From assembly GCF_000007985.2 (NCBI RefSeq), contig NC_002939.5, forward strand, positions 1,980,001-2,012,000: DNA of 32,000 nt. Reading direction: 5' to 3'. Below are positions 18,151 through 28,299 of this stretch, piece by piece. Source of the DNA: Geobacter sulfurreducens PCA (lineage in GTDB: Bacteria > Desulfobacterota > Desulfuromonadia > Geobacterales > Geobacteraceae). Numbering within the stretch: position 1 is the first letter of the stretch; each line of letters begins with the position of its first letter. Under the pieces are notes generated by a model that worked only from the letters and a program-made list of their open reading frames with translations, searched no databases and was not told where the DNA came from. Both the position numbers and the translations under genes were made by a program.

Positions 18151-18943
18151 CAGTCAACTCCCCGGCGGCATCCGCCGAATCCGACACTGCCGGCGCGATC
18201 CAGATGGAGCCGTAGCGGCTCGCCTGAACGACCCGCACCATCTTCAACTTGCACAGCTCAAGCACGGCCAAAAAGGTGGCAACAAAAAAATCCCTGTTGG
18301 AGCCCTCGGGGAAAAGATCGTCGAACAGGAGCGACTCCTTTCCCTCCAGAGCGGTGAGGATATCGTTGATCCGCTCGGCAATGGTAATCGACTCGGAGCC
18401 CACTTCATGAAAACTCTCCTGGGAAACCCGGTCGAGAACCCGCCGGAAAGCCTCGATCAATTCGAACAGCTCCACCTCTACCGGTTCCTCCTCGGGAGCC
18501 GGTTCGGGCTCATCCCCCGCTGCGGCGCGCACATGCACGTCGCGGCCGAGCAACTCCCGTTCGGACAGGGTGAGCGCGGCCTCCTTGTACCGCTGGTATT
18601 CCAGTAGCCTGCGCACCAGTTCCGCCCGCGGGTCGGCCTCTTCATCCTCTGCGCCGGGCTCCTCGTCGGGCGCCGGCAAGAGCATCCGCGACTTGATCTG
18701 GATCAGGGTGGAGGCCATGACGATGAAATCGCCGGCCACCTCCAGGTTGAGCTCCTTCATCATGCGTATGTACTCAAGGTACTGGCGCGTGATGGTGGAT
18801 ACCGGGATATCGTAGATATCCACCTCGTTCTTCTTGATGAGGTGCAGGAGTAGATCCAGGGGGCCTTCGAACACCTCGAGCCTGACCGTATAGGGCGAGG
18901 CGGCTCCTTCAAGGCCGAGTGTGAGGGTTTCCCCTTCACTCAT
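18137..18943 (-). CDS. scpA: Segregation and condensation protein A
   Basis: True start is ATG 18943 (MSEGETLTL...RLEVFEGPLDLLLHLIKKNEVDIYDIPVSTIT), which forms an ATGA overlap with the trpS stop. The 90-codon N-terminal extension in the track lies inside trpS and is Arg/Gly/Pro junk. Confidence 0.9.
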   Translation of the reverse strand: MSEGETLTLGLEGAASPYTVRLEVFEGPLDLLLHLIKKNEVDIYDIPVSTITRQYLEYIRMMKELNLEVAGDFIVMASTLIQIKSRMLLPAPDEEPGAEDEEADPRAELVRRLLEYQRYKEAALTLSERELLGRDVHVRAAAGDEPEPAPEEEPVEVELFELIEAFRRVLDRVSQESFHEVGSESITIAERINDILTALEGKESLLFDDLFPEGSNRDFFVATFLAVLELCKLKMVRVVQASRYGSIWIAPAVSDSADAAGELTDAPA

Positions 18944-19923
18944 AGTCTGATGGCGTCCCGCACGTCGGTCATGGTCACGGTTGCCTCGCGGGCCGCCCGA
19001 TCGCTGCCCTCGGCCAGAATCTCGTCCACCAGTTCCGGACGGGCCGCAAGTTCCACGCGCTTGGCGCGGAACGGCGCAAGTGTCTCCACAAGATGGCGGG
19101 CAAGGATCTTCTTGCAGTCCACACAACCGATCGTTGCGCCACGGCAGGACTCGACGATCTCGGCCCGTTCGTCGTCGGGAACATAGAGACGATGTAGGTT
19201 GAATGCCACGCACCGGTCCGGCTCGCCCGGATCGCTGCGGCGGACCCGCTGGGTGTCGGTCACCATGGACATGATTTTTTTGCTCGTCTCTTCGGCAGTC
19301 TCGGAGAGATAGATGGAATTACCGTACGACTTGCTCATCTTTCGGCCGTCGAGGCCGAGCACCTTGGGGGTCTCCGTAAGGAGCGCCGCCGGTTCGGGGA
19401 AAACTTCACGGTAGAGGTAGTTGAAGCGGCGGGCGATCTCGCGGGTTATCTCCAGGTGGGGCAGCTGGTCATGTCCCACCGGCACCTTTGCCGCCCGGTA
19501 GAGGATGATGTCCGCCGCCATGAGGACCGGATAGCCGAGGAAGCCGAAGGTGGAAAGATCCTTGGCGTCAAGGTTGTCCTGCATTTCCTTGAAGGTCGGG
19601 TTGCGCTCAAGCCACGACACGGGCGTAATCATGGAAAGAATCAGGTTGAGTTCCGCATGCTGGGGCACGAGACTCTGGCGGAATATGACACTTTTGGCCG
19701 GATCGACCCCGAAGGCAAGCCAGTCGAGAACCATTTCGCGGATGTTCTCGAGAATTGCGCCGGTATTGTCATACTCGGTGGTGAGAGAATGCCAGTCAGC
19801 GGCGAAGAAGAAACATTCATACTCCTCCTGAAGCTCACGCCAGTTTGCCAGCACCCCGTGGAAATGGCCGAGGTGAAGCTTGCCGGTGGGTCTCATGCCG
19901 CTTACTATCCGCTTGTTGCTCAT
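18940..19923 (-). CDS. trpS: Tryptophan--tRNA ligase
   Basis: HIGH motif (GKLHLGH) and KMSKS motif are present, with full-length class I TrpRS similarity. ATG at 19923 follows AAGGAG. Also carries a C-x21-C-x6-C-x2-C motif. Confidence 0.95.
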   Translation of the reverse strand: MSNKRIVSGMRPTGKLHLGHFHGVLANWRELQEEYECFFFAADWHSLTTEYDNTGAILENIREMVLDWLAFGVDPAKSVIFRQSLVPQHAELNLILSMITPVSWLERNPTFKEMQDNLDAKDLSTFGFLGYPVLMAADIILYRAAKVPVGHDQLPHLEITREIARRFNYLYREVFPEPAALLTETPKVLGLDGRKMSKSYGNSIYLSETAEETSKKIMSMVTDTQRVRRSDPGEPDRCVAFNLHRLYVPDDERAEIVESCRGATIGCVDCKKILARHLVETLAPFRAKRVELAARPELVDEILAEGSDRAAREATVTMTDVRDAIRL

Positions 19924-19989
19924 TACAGGCTCCTTACCGGCACGGGACAACGGTGGACCATCGCTTCATCCACCGGGTCCGCGCACCTG

Positions 19990-20670
19990 TTATCTCATCA
20001 GAAAATGCGTGACATTGTACACCAGTCCGCTTTGGGGCCCGGCGAGGATGCTGATGCCCAAATCCACCACCGGGGAGATGACTTTCTCGAATATATTGGT
20101 GAAAAAAACCAGCAGGATGATGACGATCATGCCGTAGGGCTCAAACCGCGCCAAGGCCTCGGCCTGCCGGTAGGGCAGAAGCCCCACGGCCACGCGGCCG
20201 CCGTCCAGGGGAGGCACCGGAATCAGATTGAAGATGCCCAGGAGCAGATTGATGTAGACCGAAAAGGCAAGCATCAGCACGATCGGGTCGAGGGCCATCT
20301 GAAGGGGCGAACTATCCGGCAGCATGCTGCCTGCAGCGGCCAGTCCGCGCATGGCCATGGCAGACAGAAAGGCCAGCGTGAAGTTGGTAATGGGCCCGGC
20401 GGCCGCAACCCAGACCATGTCCCGCTTCGGATTACGCAGGTTGCCGAAATTGACCGGAACCGGCTTGGCCCACCCGATGCCGACAATGAAGACCATGAGA
20501 GTACCGAAGAGGTCCAGATGCTTGAGAGGATTCAGCGTGAGCCGGCCCATGAAGCGGGCCGTCCGGTCGCCAAGGCGATCGGCAATGAAGCCGTGGGAGA
20601 CTTCGTGGCAGGTGATTGCCATAAGGGCCGGCACGAGCATGATGGAGAGCTTGAGAAAGAAGTTTTCCAT
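19990..20670 (-). CDS. Site-2 protease family (peptidase M50) membrane metalloprotease, no PDZ domain
   Basis: 226 aa. HEVSHG is the HExxH motif, NLIPVPPLDGG is the second metal-ligand motif, and there are multiple TM segments. Confidence 0.85.
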   Translation of the reverse strand: MENFFLKLSIMLVPALMAITCHEVSHGFIADRLGDRTARFMGRLTLNPLKHLDLFGTLMVFIVGIGWAKPVPVNFGNLRNPKRDMVWVAAAGPITNFTLAFLSAMAMRGLAAAGSMLPDSSPLQMALDPIVLMLAFSVYINLLLGIFNLIPVPPLDGGRVAVGLLPYRQAEALARFEPYGMIVIILLVFFTNIFEKVISPVVDLGISILAGPQSGLVYNVTHFLMR

Positions 20671-20702
20671 GTGTGGGGCTTTTCACCTCGTAAAATCGGT
20701 CA

Positions 20703-20731
20703 TTTCTAACAGATATGGGGCAGAAAGTCAA
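20703..20731 (-). promoter_or_regulatory. Candidate sigma70 promoter for the M50-trpS-scpA-scpB string
   Basis: On the minus strand: TTGACT (20726-20731), 17 nt, TAGAAA (20703-20708), with TGn immediately upstream. It lies directly after the glnA terminator. Pattern match only. Confidence 0.35.
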
Positions 20732-20755
20732 CGAGGCAGCCTGAACCGCCGATGC

Positions 20756-20787
20756 AAAAAAAGAAAGGCGGGATCGCTCCCGCCTTT
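20756..20787 (-). terminator. Rho-independent terminator of glnB-glnA
   Basis: 10-bp perfect stem AAAGGCGGGA-tcgc-TCCCGCCTTT. On the minus-strand transcript the hairpin is followed by CUUUUUUUG. It lies 28 nt downstream of the glnA stop. Confidence 0.85.
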
Positions 20788-20814
20788 CGCTTGCTGCAGA
20801 TGGTGCCCCTTCGA

Positions 20815-22227
<1,413 letters not shown>

Positions 22228-22265
22228 TTACACAATCTCCTTTCGAAAACAGATAAAGTACGACG

Positions 22266-22610
<345 letters not shown>

Positions 22611-22708
22611 TCACCCCCTTGGGATAGTTGAAAAGTTGGAGGATTATAGGTTTGCCGCCCTCAAAAAGCAAGGCGTATCCCCCTCGGCGTCTTTGGTGCA
22701 AATATAAA

Positions 22709-22725
22709 AGCAAATAGTCTGCCTA
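22709..22725 (-). promoter_or_regulatory. Sigma54 (RpoN) -24/-12 promoter upstream of glnB-glnA
   Basis: The minus strand reads TAGGCAGACTATTTGCTT. GG is at 22722-22723 and GC at 22710-22711, which is the canonical GG-N10-GC spacing, and GGCA/TTGC match TGGCAC-N5-TTGCW. It predicts a 5' UTR of about 95 nt. Confidence 0.65.
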
Positions 22726-22820
22726 AACAGAGAGAAAAATCCAACAACAGCAAATTCAACGGGTTGAGGAATGGGGATTGGCATCGGGAAGGGAACAGGA
22801 AAAATATAGCACAAAATAAA

Positions 22821-22836
22821 GGCACCACAAGGCACC
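22821..22836. promoter_or_regulatory. Direct repeat GGCACC-N4-GGCACC, candidate enhancer-binding-protein site for the glnB sigma54 promoter
   Basis: Two GGCACC hexamers sit exactly 10 bp apart, about 100-115 bp upstream of the -24 element, followed by cgcTTGCA. Position and one-helical-turn phasing fit an upstream activator site. No consensus match is claimed. Confidence 0.3.
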
Positions 22837-23031
22837 CGCTTGCATACCAAATGAGCACAATTATCAGGCAGCCCGCTCCAGTGACGCGGTCAGTAGCGCA
22901 GCCCTGCGTCTTCTCCGGCTATCGGGTCAAGCCAAACATCGGACAGTTCTGCATCACGCTTTTGCAGCAGGCGTTCATAGCCCGGTTAAACTTGTGTTGT
23001 TTTCGGCCGATAGAGTATAGTGGAGACCATC

Positions 23032-23790
23032 ATGATCACGGGACACACGGTACGTATCGTCATGCTCGCGGCGCTGGTGGGGCTGACTGCCCCCGAGCGG
23101 TCACGGGCCGACATATACCGGTTCGTGGACGAGGACGGTGTAGAATGTTTCACCGACTCCCCCAGGAACGGCAAGGCGTCGCTCTATCTGCGCGAAAAAA
23201 AGGCAGCCCGGCCCGGTACCCGTCGCACCGTGCCGCACCACCTGCGGGCTGCCGGCATCACGGGGACATCTCCTGCAATCAACCCGACCACCCCGTCCCC
23301 GTCAGATGCATCCGCGGCGCCTCCGGTCCAGGGGAGGATAACCTCCTTGGTGGGGCTCCGACACGATCCCATCGACGGCACCATGCGCGAACACCGGGGC
23401 ATCGACATCGCCGTGCCCGAGGGAACACCGGTCAGGGCCATCGCGCCGGGGCGCGTGGCCTTTGCGGGCAACCGGCCGGGCTACGGCACCATGGTGGTCC
23501 TTGAACACCCGGACGGCATCATTACACTCTACGCCCACAACTCCATGAATGCGGTGGTGGAAGGGGCAAACGTCTCGGCGGGCGATACCATCGCCCTTTC
23601 CGGCTCCACGGGGAGATCCACCGGCCCCCACCTCCACTTCGAAGCCTGGCGGGGAGACGTGAACGTCACATCATCATATCTGCCCGGTGCTCGAGGCGAT
23701 CGGATCGGCACCGCTGCTACTCCCCGCGCCGCGGACACCATTCGCAAGATCCTCCAGGCCGACGGAACCATACTGCTGACCAACCACTGA
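23032..23790 (+). CDS. M23-family peptidoglycan endopeptidase with DUF4124-like N-terminal module
   Basis: ATG at 23032 follows GGAGA (the track start at 23020 is GTG). Signal peptide, then ADIYRFVDEDGVECFTDSP, a Pro-rich linker, and M23 motifs (HRGIDIAVPEGTPVRA ... GSTGRSTGPHLHFE). Confidence 0.85.
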   Translation: MITGHTVRIVMLAALVGLTAPERSRADIYRFVDEDGVECFTDSPRNGKASLYLREKKAARPGTRRTVPHHLRAAGITGTSPAINPTTPSPSDASAAPPVQGRITSLVGLRHDPIDGTMREHRGIDIAVPEGTPVRAIAPGRVAFAGNRPGYGTMVVLEHPDGIITLYAHNSMNAVVEGANVSAGDTIALSGSTGRSTGPHLHFEAWRGDVNVTSSYLPGARGDRIGTAATPRAADTIRKILQADGTILLTNH

Positions 23791-23808
23791 TTACCATCGC
23801 CACCTTCG

Positions 23809-26349
23809 TTACCCTCCTCCCGCCCGTTTGGTCCTGCGGGTCGGGACCGCGCTCCAGGGATCATCGGGCCAGGGATGCTTGGGGTAGCGTCCCCGCATCT
23901 CTTTCTTGACCTCCTGATACGCCCCGTTCCAGAAACCGCGCAGATCGGACGTGACCTGCAGGGGACGCCCGGCGGGGGACAGCAGGTGGACCACCACCGG
24001 GACCCGCCCCCAGGCCACGGCAGGGGTGTCGGCGCACCCGAACATTTCCTGTAGCTTCACCGCCAAGGTCGGAGCCCCATCCGCATCGTACGCCAGGGTA
24101 ATCCGCGAACCGCTCGGCACCGTCAGGTGAGTGGGTGCCCCCTCGTCGAGGCGACGGAGCTGATCCCAGGAGAGCAGAGCTTTCAGCGGCGTCAGAAGAT
24201 CGATAGACGCCAGGTCGGCAAGGCTCCGGGCCTTGCCCAGGAAGGGGCCGAGCCATACCTCGATTGTTTTCAGAAGTCGTTCATCGGAAAGATCGGGCCA
24301 GCCTTCGTCAGGGCAGACCCGGCCGAGAAACCGTACTCGTGCCCGGAACTGGCAGGCGGACGGCGTCCATCCCAGGGCCGTTATACCCGGACCGGCTCGC
24401 AGTCCCGCCAGCAAGGCGGCACGGACCTCATCGCCCGTGGCGGAGACGGGACGGCTCTCCAGAACGATGGCACCGTAGCAGGCCTCATCCCGGGCGCTCA
24501 CCCTCCCTTCCCGATCATCCCAAACCACCGTGCGCCGCCGGTAGATGTCGCCGGAGAACTCTTCGTGGAACCGCGCCGGGTCAAGGGCGCTCGCCTGGCG
24601 AATCAGGTCGTCCCCCCGCTCGCCGCGCTCCACCAGATAGGCCACAAGCAACTGCTCCCCGTGGAGGGAACTCCGTTCCGACAACAAGGCCCCTCTGCCG
24701 TTGGCCAGAAGATAGCGCCGTTCGCCCCCGGGACGGGCCTGGGCGATCCGGTCAGGATATGCCCACGAAAGCAGCAGCCCCGTTTCCCGAACCGGATCCG
24801 CAACCGCGTGCCCCTTTCCATCCGGGGCAATCAGGCGCCGCAGGTGTGATGCCACCCGGTCCACTGCCCGGCAGGCTGAAGAATCAACCTGGTGATCCCT
24901 CCCCCCTCTTCCCTGCCGCCACTGTTCAAGGGCCTCTACCCGGATGAGCATGTCGCAGCCGGCGCGTTCGGCGGCCTGACCGGTCCCGGCGGAACGCACG
25001 ATGTCCCGCTCCGTGAGCAGCGCGGCCACGTCGCACGCTAGAGGTGCCGGGCCGCGCTCGGTCGCGCGCAGCAGCATATGGGCCAGACGAGGATGGAGCG
25101 GCAACTCCGCCATGCGCCGTCCCGTTTCGGTTATCATCCCCTGGCCGTCAAGGGCATCGAGGGACTTCAGAAGGTTTCTCGCCTCCTCCAGTGCCCCGCG
25201 GGGAGGAGGATCGAGCCAGGCAAGGGACGCAGGATCGCTTACCCCCCAGTGTGCCAGGTCAAGGGCCAGCGGAGCCAGATCGGCGATGAGGATTTCCGGG
25301 GGATCTGCCGCCAGGAGCGCCTGCTGGTCATGCTCTGGCCAGAGGCGGTAGCAGGTTCCCGGTCCCAGGCGGCCGGCCCGACCGGCCCGTTGGGTCGCCG
25401 ATGCGGCGGAAACCCGCTCGGTGACCAGCCGGTTCAGCCCCGAGGCCGGGTCATACCTCAGCCGCCGGGTCTGGCCACCGTCCACAACCACGCGGACACC
25501 TTCGATGGTGAGACTCGTTTCGGCAATGGTTGTTGCCAGCACCACCTTGCGCCGGCCGGGGACCGGCAGAATCGCCCGCTCCTGCTCCACGAACGGCAGA
25601 TCGCCGTAGAGGGGCACCACCAGCGGGGCATGCAACGGCGGATCATCAGCGAGCAGTTGGCCACAGCGCCTGATCTCTCCGACGCCGGGGAGAAACGCGA
25701 GGATATCCCCTTCGCACTCGCGCACTGCAATTCGGACGGCGCGCGCCACGGCCGAGGGGAGGTTCTCCCGGTCGTTGGGCGGAATATGCCGCAGCGCAAC
25801 GGGGTAGTTTCGCCCCTCGCTGGTGATGACCGGTGCGTCGCCGAGCAGGGCCGCGACCGGCGCCGCTGCCATGGTTGCCGACATGACGATGATCCGCAGG
25901 TCCTCCCGCAGCCCTGCCTGAACATCGCGGCAGAGGGCGAGGGCCAGATCCGAATGGATGCTCCGCTCGTGGAACTCGTCGAAGATCACCGCACCGACCC
26001 CCTCAAGGAGCGGATCGGACTGGAGTCGACGGGTGAGGATTCCTTCGGTCACCACTTCCACCCGGGTTCGGGCAGACACCCGGCGGTCGAAGCGGATGGC
26101 GTACCCCACTGTGGCGCCCGCCTCCTCCCCCAGACTGCGGGCCATCCAGCGGGCAGCATTCGTCGCGGCCAGCCGGCGCGGTTCCAGCATGATAATCCGT
26201 TTGCCGTTCAGCCAGGGAGCGTCAAGGAGCGCGAGGGGAACGCGGGTGGTTTTCCCGGCCCCCGGCGGCGCCTGAAGTACTGCGGCGTTCCTCTGCTCAA
26301 GGGCCGTCAGCAGGTCGGGGATGACGTCGTCAACGGGAAGGCGGTTCAT
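23809..26349 (-). CDS. hrpB: ATP-dependent DEAH-box helicase HrpB
   Basis: ATG at 26349 (MNRLPVDDVIPDLLTAL). Walker A GAGKTT, motif II DEFHER, helicase C-terminal, HA2-type and HrpB C-terminal regions. 846 aa. The 67-codon extension in the track overlaps the upstream HAD gene. Confidence 0.9.
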   Translation of the reverse strand: MNRLPVDDVIPDLLTALEQRNAAVLQAPPGAGKTTRVPLALLDAPWLNGKRIIMLEPRRLAATNAARWMARSLGEEAGATVGYAIRFDRRVSARTRVEVVTEGILTRRLQSDPLLEGVGAVIFDEFHERSIHSDLALALCRDVQAGLREDLRIIVMSATMAAAPVAALLGDAPVITSEGRNYPVALRHIPPNDRENLPSAVARAVRIAVRECEGDILAFLPGVGEIRRCGQLLADDPPLHAPLVVPLYGDLPFVEQERAILPVPGRRKVVLATTIAETSLTIEGVRVVVDGGQTRRLRYDPASGLNRLVTERVSAASATQRAGRAGRLGPGTCYRLWPEHDQQALLAADPPEILIADLAPLALDLAHWGVSDPASLAWLDPPPRGALEEARNLLKSLDALDGQGMITETGRRMAELPLHPRLAHMLLRATERGPAPLACDVAALLTERDIVRSAGTGQAAERAGCDMLIRVEALEQWRQGRGGRDHQVDSSACRAVDRVASHLRRLIAPDGKGHAVADPVRETGLLLSWAYPDRIAQARPGGERRYLLANGRGALLSERSSLHGEQLLVAYLVERGERGDDLIRQASALDPARFHEEFSGDIYRRRTVVWDDREGRVSARDEACYGAIVLESRPVSATGDEVRAALLAGLRAGPGITALGWTPSACQFRARVRFLGRVCPDEGWPDLSDERLLKTIEVWLGPFLGKARSLADLASIDLLTPLKALLSWDQLRRLDEGAPTHLTVPSGSRITLAYDADGAPTLAVKLQEMFGCADTPAVAWGRVPVVVHLLSPAGRPLQVTSDLRGFWNGAYQEVKKEMRGRYPKHPWPDDPWSAVPTRRTKRAGGG

Positions 26350-26383
26350 TGGAAGAATGAATGGAAACGATGAATCAGGGGGC

Positions 26384-27070
26384 TTACTCCTGGCCGGCCA
26401 ATGCCGCCAGGTCGGCCAGGCCCACGTCGGCCAGGGAGTCAACGACCCTGCGGGCACCGCCGAGCCGCACGGCGGGATAGCTGTTGGTGACGGCAAGGAC
26501 ACCGATCCCGGCCCCCGTGGCCGAGGCGATGCCGGCTGGCGTGTCTTCAATCGCGATGCATGTTTCCGGCCGAATCTGCCGGTTGGGAAAGGCAGCTGTC
26601 AGCCGCCGCACCGCCAGGGCGTAGCTGGCCGGGTCGGGTTTGCTGGCCGACACCTCGTCGGCTGTGACCATGACGTCAAAGATGCCCGAGAGGCCGAGCC
26701 CCTCCAGGATCGGCAGAATGTCCGAGCGGAGTGCGCCGCTGCAAAGCGCCACGGGATGATTGGCCTTGATGTTCCTGATCAGTTCGACAACACCCGGATA
26801 GGGTGTGACGCCGGAAGCGATGATCTCCTGGAACGCAGCCGCCTTGCGGGCGATAAGACCTTCGAGTTCGCGGTCTTCCAAGTCCGCGCCCCGCACCCTG
26901 AACGCTTCCCGGAAGGCGTCCCGGTCGTCATAGCCCATGTAGACATCCACGTAGGCCTCCCAGGAATAGCCGAACCCAATAGGTTCGAGAATGGCCTGGA
27001 ATGCCCGGTAGTGGAGCGGTTCGGTATCGACGATGATCCCGTCGAAATCGAAGATAACGGCTGACAGCAT
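26384..27070 (-). CDS. HAD-IA family hydrolase (beta-phosphoglucomutase/phosphatase-like)
   Basis: ATG at 27070. Motif I is VIFDFDGIIVDTE, with a cap helix region, motif III K in SASKPDP, and motif IV IEDTPAGI. 228 aa. Confidence 0.85.
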   Translation of the reverse strand: MLSAVIFDFDGIIVDTEPLHYRAFQAILEPIGFGYSWEAYVDVYMGYDDRDAFREAFRVRGADLEDRELEGLIARKAAAFQEIIASGVTPYPGVVELIRNIKANHPVALCSGALRSDILPILEGLGLSGIFDVMVTADEVSASKPDPASYALAVRRLTAAFPNRQIRPETCIAIEDTPAGIASATGAGIGVLAVTNSYPAVRLGGARRVVDSLADVGLADLAALAGQE

Positions 27071-27080
27071 GAAAAACCTC

Positions 27081-27899
27081 CTAGAATTTCCCGACCAGGG
27101 AAAGGATTGCCGCGTCTTCCGCCACTGCCGGCACCAGCGCCAGATTTCCGCCGCCGGCGTGGAAGCGGGTGACGATCCTGCCGGCCAGTTCGCCGATGGC
27201 GGCACCCAGGAGCACATCGCTGGCCCAGTGCTTTCCTTCCTGCATGCGGGAAAACCCCACAAAGGCAGCCGTTGCATAGGATACGACACCCACCGGCACA
27301 CTTCCCGACGTGGACGTGATGACCGAAGCCATGGCAAAGGAACTGGCCGTGTGCATGGAGGGCATGGAATCGTAATCCGATTCGAACCCAAACGGGCGGA
27401 AGCTGCCGCCCCCCTTGCCCGTCAGGGGTCGGGCGCGGCCAATAGCCTGCTTGAGCACCAGGGTTGCGGCATCGGCCAGGAGCGCCGCCTCGCCCATCAT
27501 GAGCCCCGTATCCCGCCAGCGGGGGGACCCGGCAAGCAGCCCGCCGCCATAAACGGCACCCGCCACTCCCAGATGGATGACCGGATTACCCACGAGACTG
27601 CCGGCATCGGTGATCCGGTCAAGGGTCCGGCCGCGCGTTTCTGCCACCTCGTCCCGGATATCCTCGTCGAACTGCGACAGGACTCCCACTGCCCCCGCTA
27701 CGGCCAGTGTCCCCCACAGGGCACCATTATCGACCCTGAAGGGCGCCGTTACGAAAGCGGCAGACTCGTCGCGGAGCGTCCGTGCCTCCCGGCTCAGAAA
27801 TTCGCCCGACCAGGGCATATCCTCCGCTATTGCAGCCGTTGCCGTGAGCGCCACCAGAACGGATGCCGCAACTATCACCCCCAAGATGCACCGCCCCAT
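27081..27899 (-). CDS. PAP2-superfamily (phosphatidic acid phosphatase type 2) membrane/periplasmic phosphatase
   Basis: ATG at 27899 follows GGGAGGGA. Signal peptide MGRCILGVIVAASVLVALTATAAIA. All three PAP2 motifs are present: KQAIGRARP, PSMHTA, SRMQEGKHWASD. Confidence 0.8.
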   Translation of the reverse strand: MGRCILGVIVAASVLVALTATAAIAEDMPWSGEFLSREARTLRDESAAFVTAPFRVDNGALWGTLAVAGAVGVLSQFDEDIRDEVAETRGRTLDRITDAGSLVGNPVIHLGVAGAVYGGGLLAGSPRWRDTGLMMGEAALLADAATLVLKQAIGRARPLTGKGGGSFRPFGFESDYDSMPSMHTASSFAMASVITSTSGSVPVGVVSYATAAFVGFSRMQEGKHWASDVLLGAAIGELAGRIVTRFHAGGGNLALVPAVAEDAAILSLVGKF

Positions 27900-27904
27900 C
27901 GACC

Positions 27905-28294
27905 CTATCCCTCCCTGTTTCCGGCAACCACCGTGCGGGAGGCAAGCAGGCAGACGAGACCGGCCCCCACCGCATCCGCAGCCAGATCGCCCAGCTCGGC
28001 GGTACGCGTCGTGGTCAATGTTGCCTGGGCAACCTCGATCAGGGCGCCGTACGTCACAGTGGCGCAAAACGCCCAGAGCCAGCAGCGGCGCACGCATTTT
28101 CCGTACACGACCAGAAATCGCCCGGCAAACCACGCCAGTGCGCCGAACGCCACTGCATGCTCTATCTTGTCCCAGCCGGGAAAGGGAAGCGGTTCCGCCT
28201 TGGAGGCCGGCATCAGGGTCAGGACAAGGATAGCCACCCCCCAGACGGCAAGAAGAACCGTGTAGAGCTTTCTGCGTGACCCCGGCGTGAGCAT
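27905..28294 (-). CDS. VanZ-like family membrane protein
   Basis: 129 aa with four hydrophobic segments. DKIEHAVAFGAL and IEVAQ...R.AELGDLAADAVGAG resemble the VanZ-like family signature. Confidence 0.72.
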   Translation of the reverse strand: MLTPGSRRKLYTVLLAVWGVAILVLTLMPASKAEPLPFPGWDKIEHAVAFGALAWFAGRFLVVYGKCVRRCWLWAFCATVTYGALIEVAQATLTTTRTAELGDLAADAVGAGLVCLLASRTVVAGNREG

Positions 28295-28299
28295 GCCGG

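Noticed and set aside
18944-19213. N-terminal extensions of track ORFs: scpA to 19213, hrpB to 26550, PAP2 to 28133, OPX to 31170, nadB from 14427, SLT to 14405, memo to 17560
   Set aside because: The extensions overlap upstream genes or lie in promoter regions. They encode Arg/Gly/Pro-rich or non-homologous sequence. In each case they are followed by an internal ATG with a good Shine-Dalgarno where family homology or a signal peptide begins.
22649-22659. GGCGGCAAACC in the glnB leader, reminiscent of the GGCAAACC core of GEMM-I cyclic-dinucleotide riboswitches that are abundant in Geobacter
   Set aside because: The second conserved half (GGACGCAAAGCC-like), the GNRA tetraloop/receptor arrangement and the P1/P2 pairing are not present in the ~95-nt leader. 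It is an isolated 8-mer match only.
22831-22845. Plus-strand sigma54-like element aGGCACccgcTTGCAt
   Set aside because: The spacing between GG and GC is one nucleotide short of the obligatory GG-N10-GC. It would point toward the M23 gene about 190 bp away. The correctly spaced element on the minus strand (22709-22725) is the better promoter call. This sequence is more likely part of the activator-binding region.
22644-22858. Two 65-68 aa hydrophobic minus-strand ORFs in the glnB upstream region, and the 246-aa plus-strand ORF 22764-23504
   Set aside because: The small ORFs span the sigma54 promoter and leader, have no RBS, and arise from AT-rich or pyrimidine-rich non-coding sequence. The 246-aa ORF is out of frame with the clearly homologous M23 peptidase and encodes Arg/His/Pro-rich junk.
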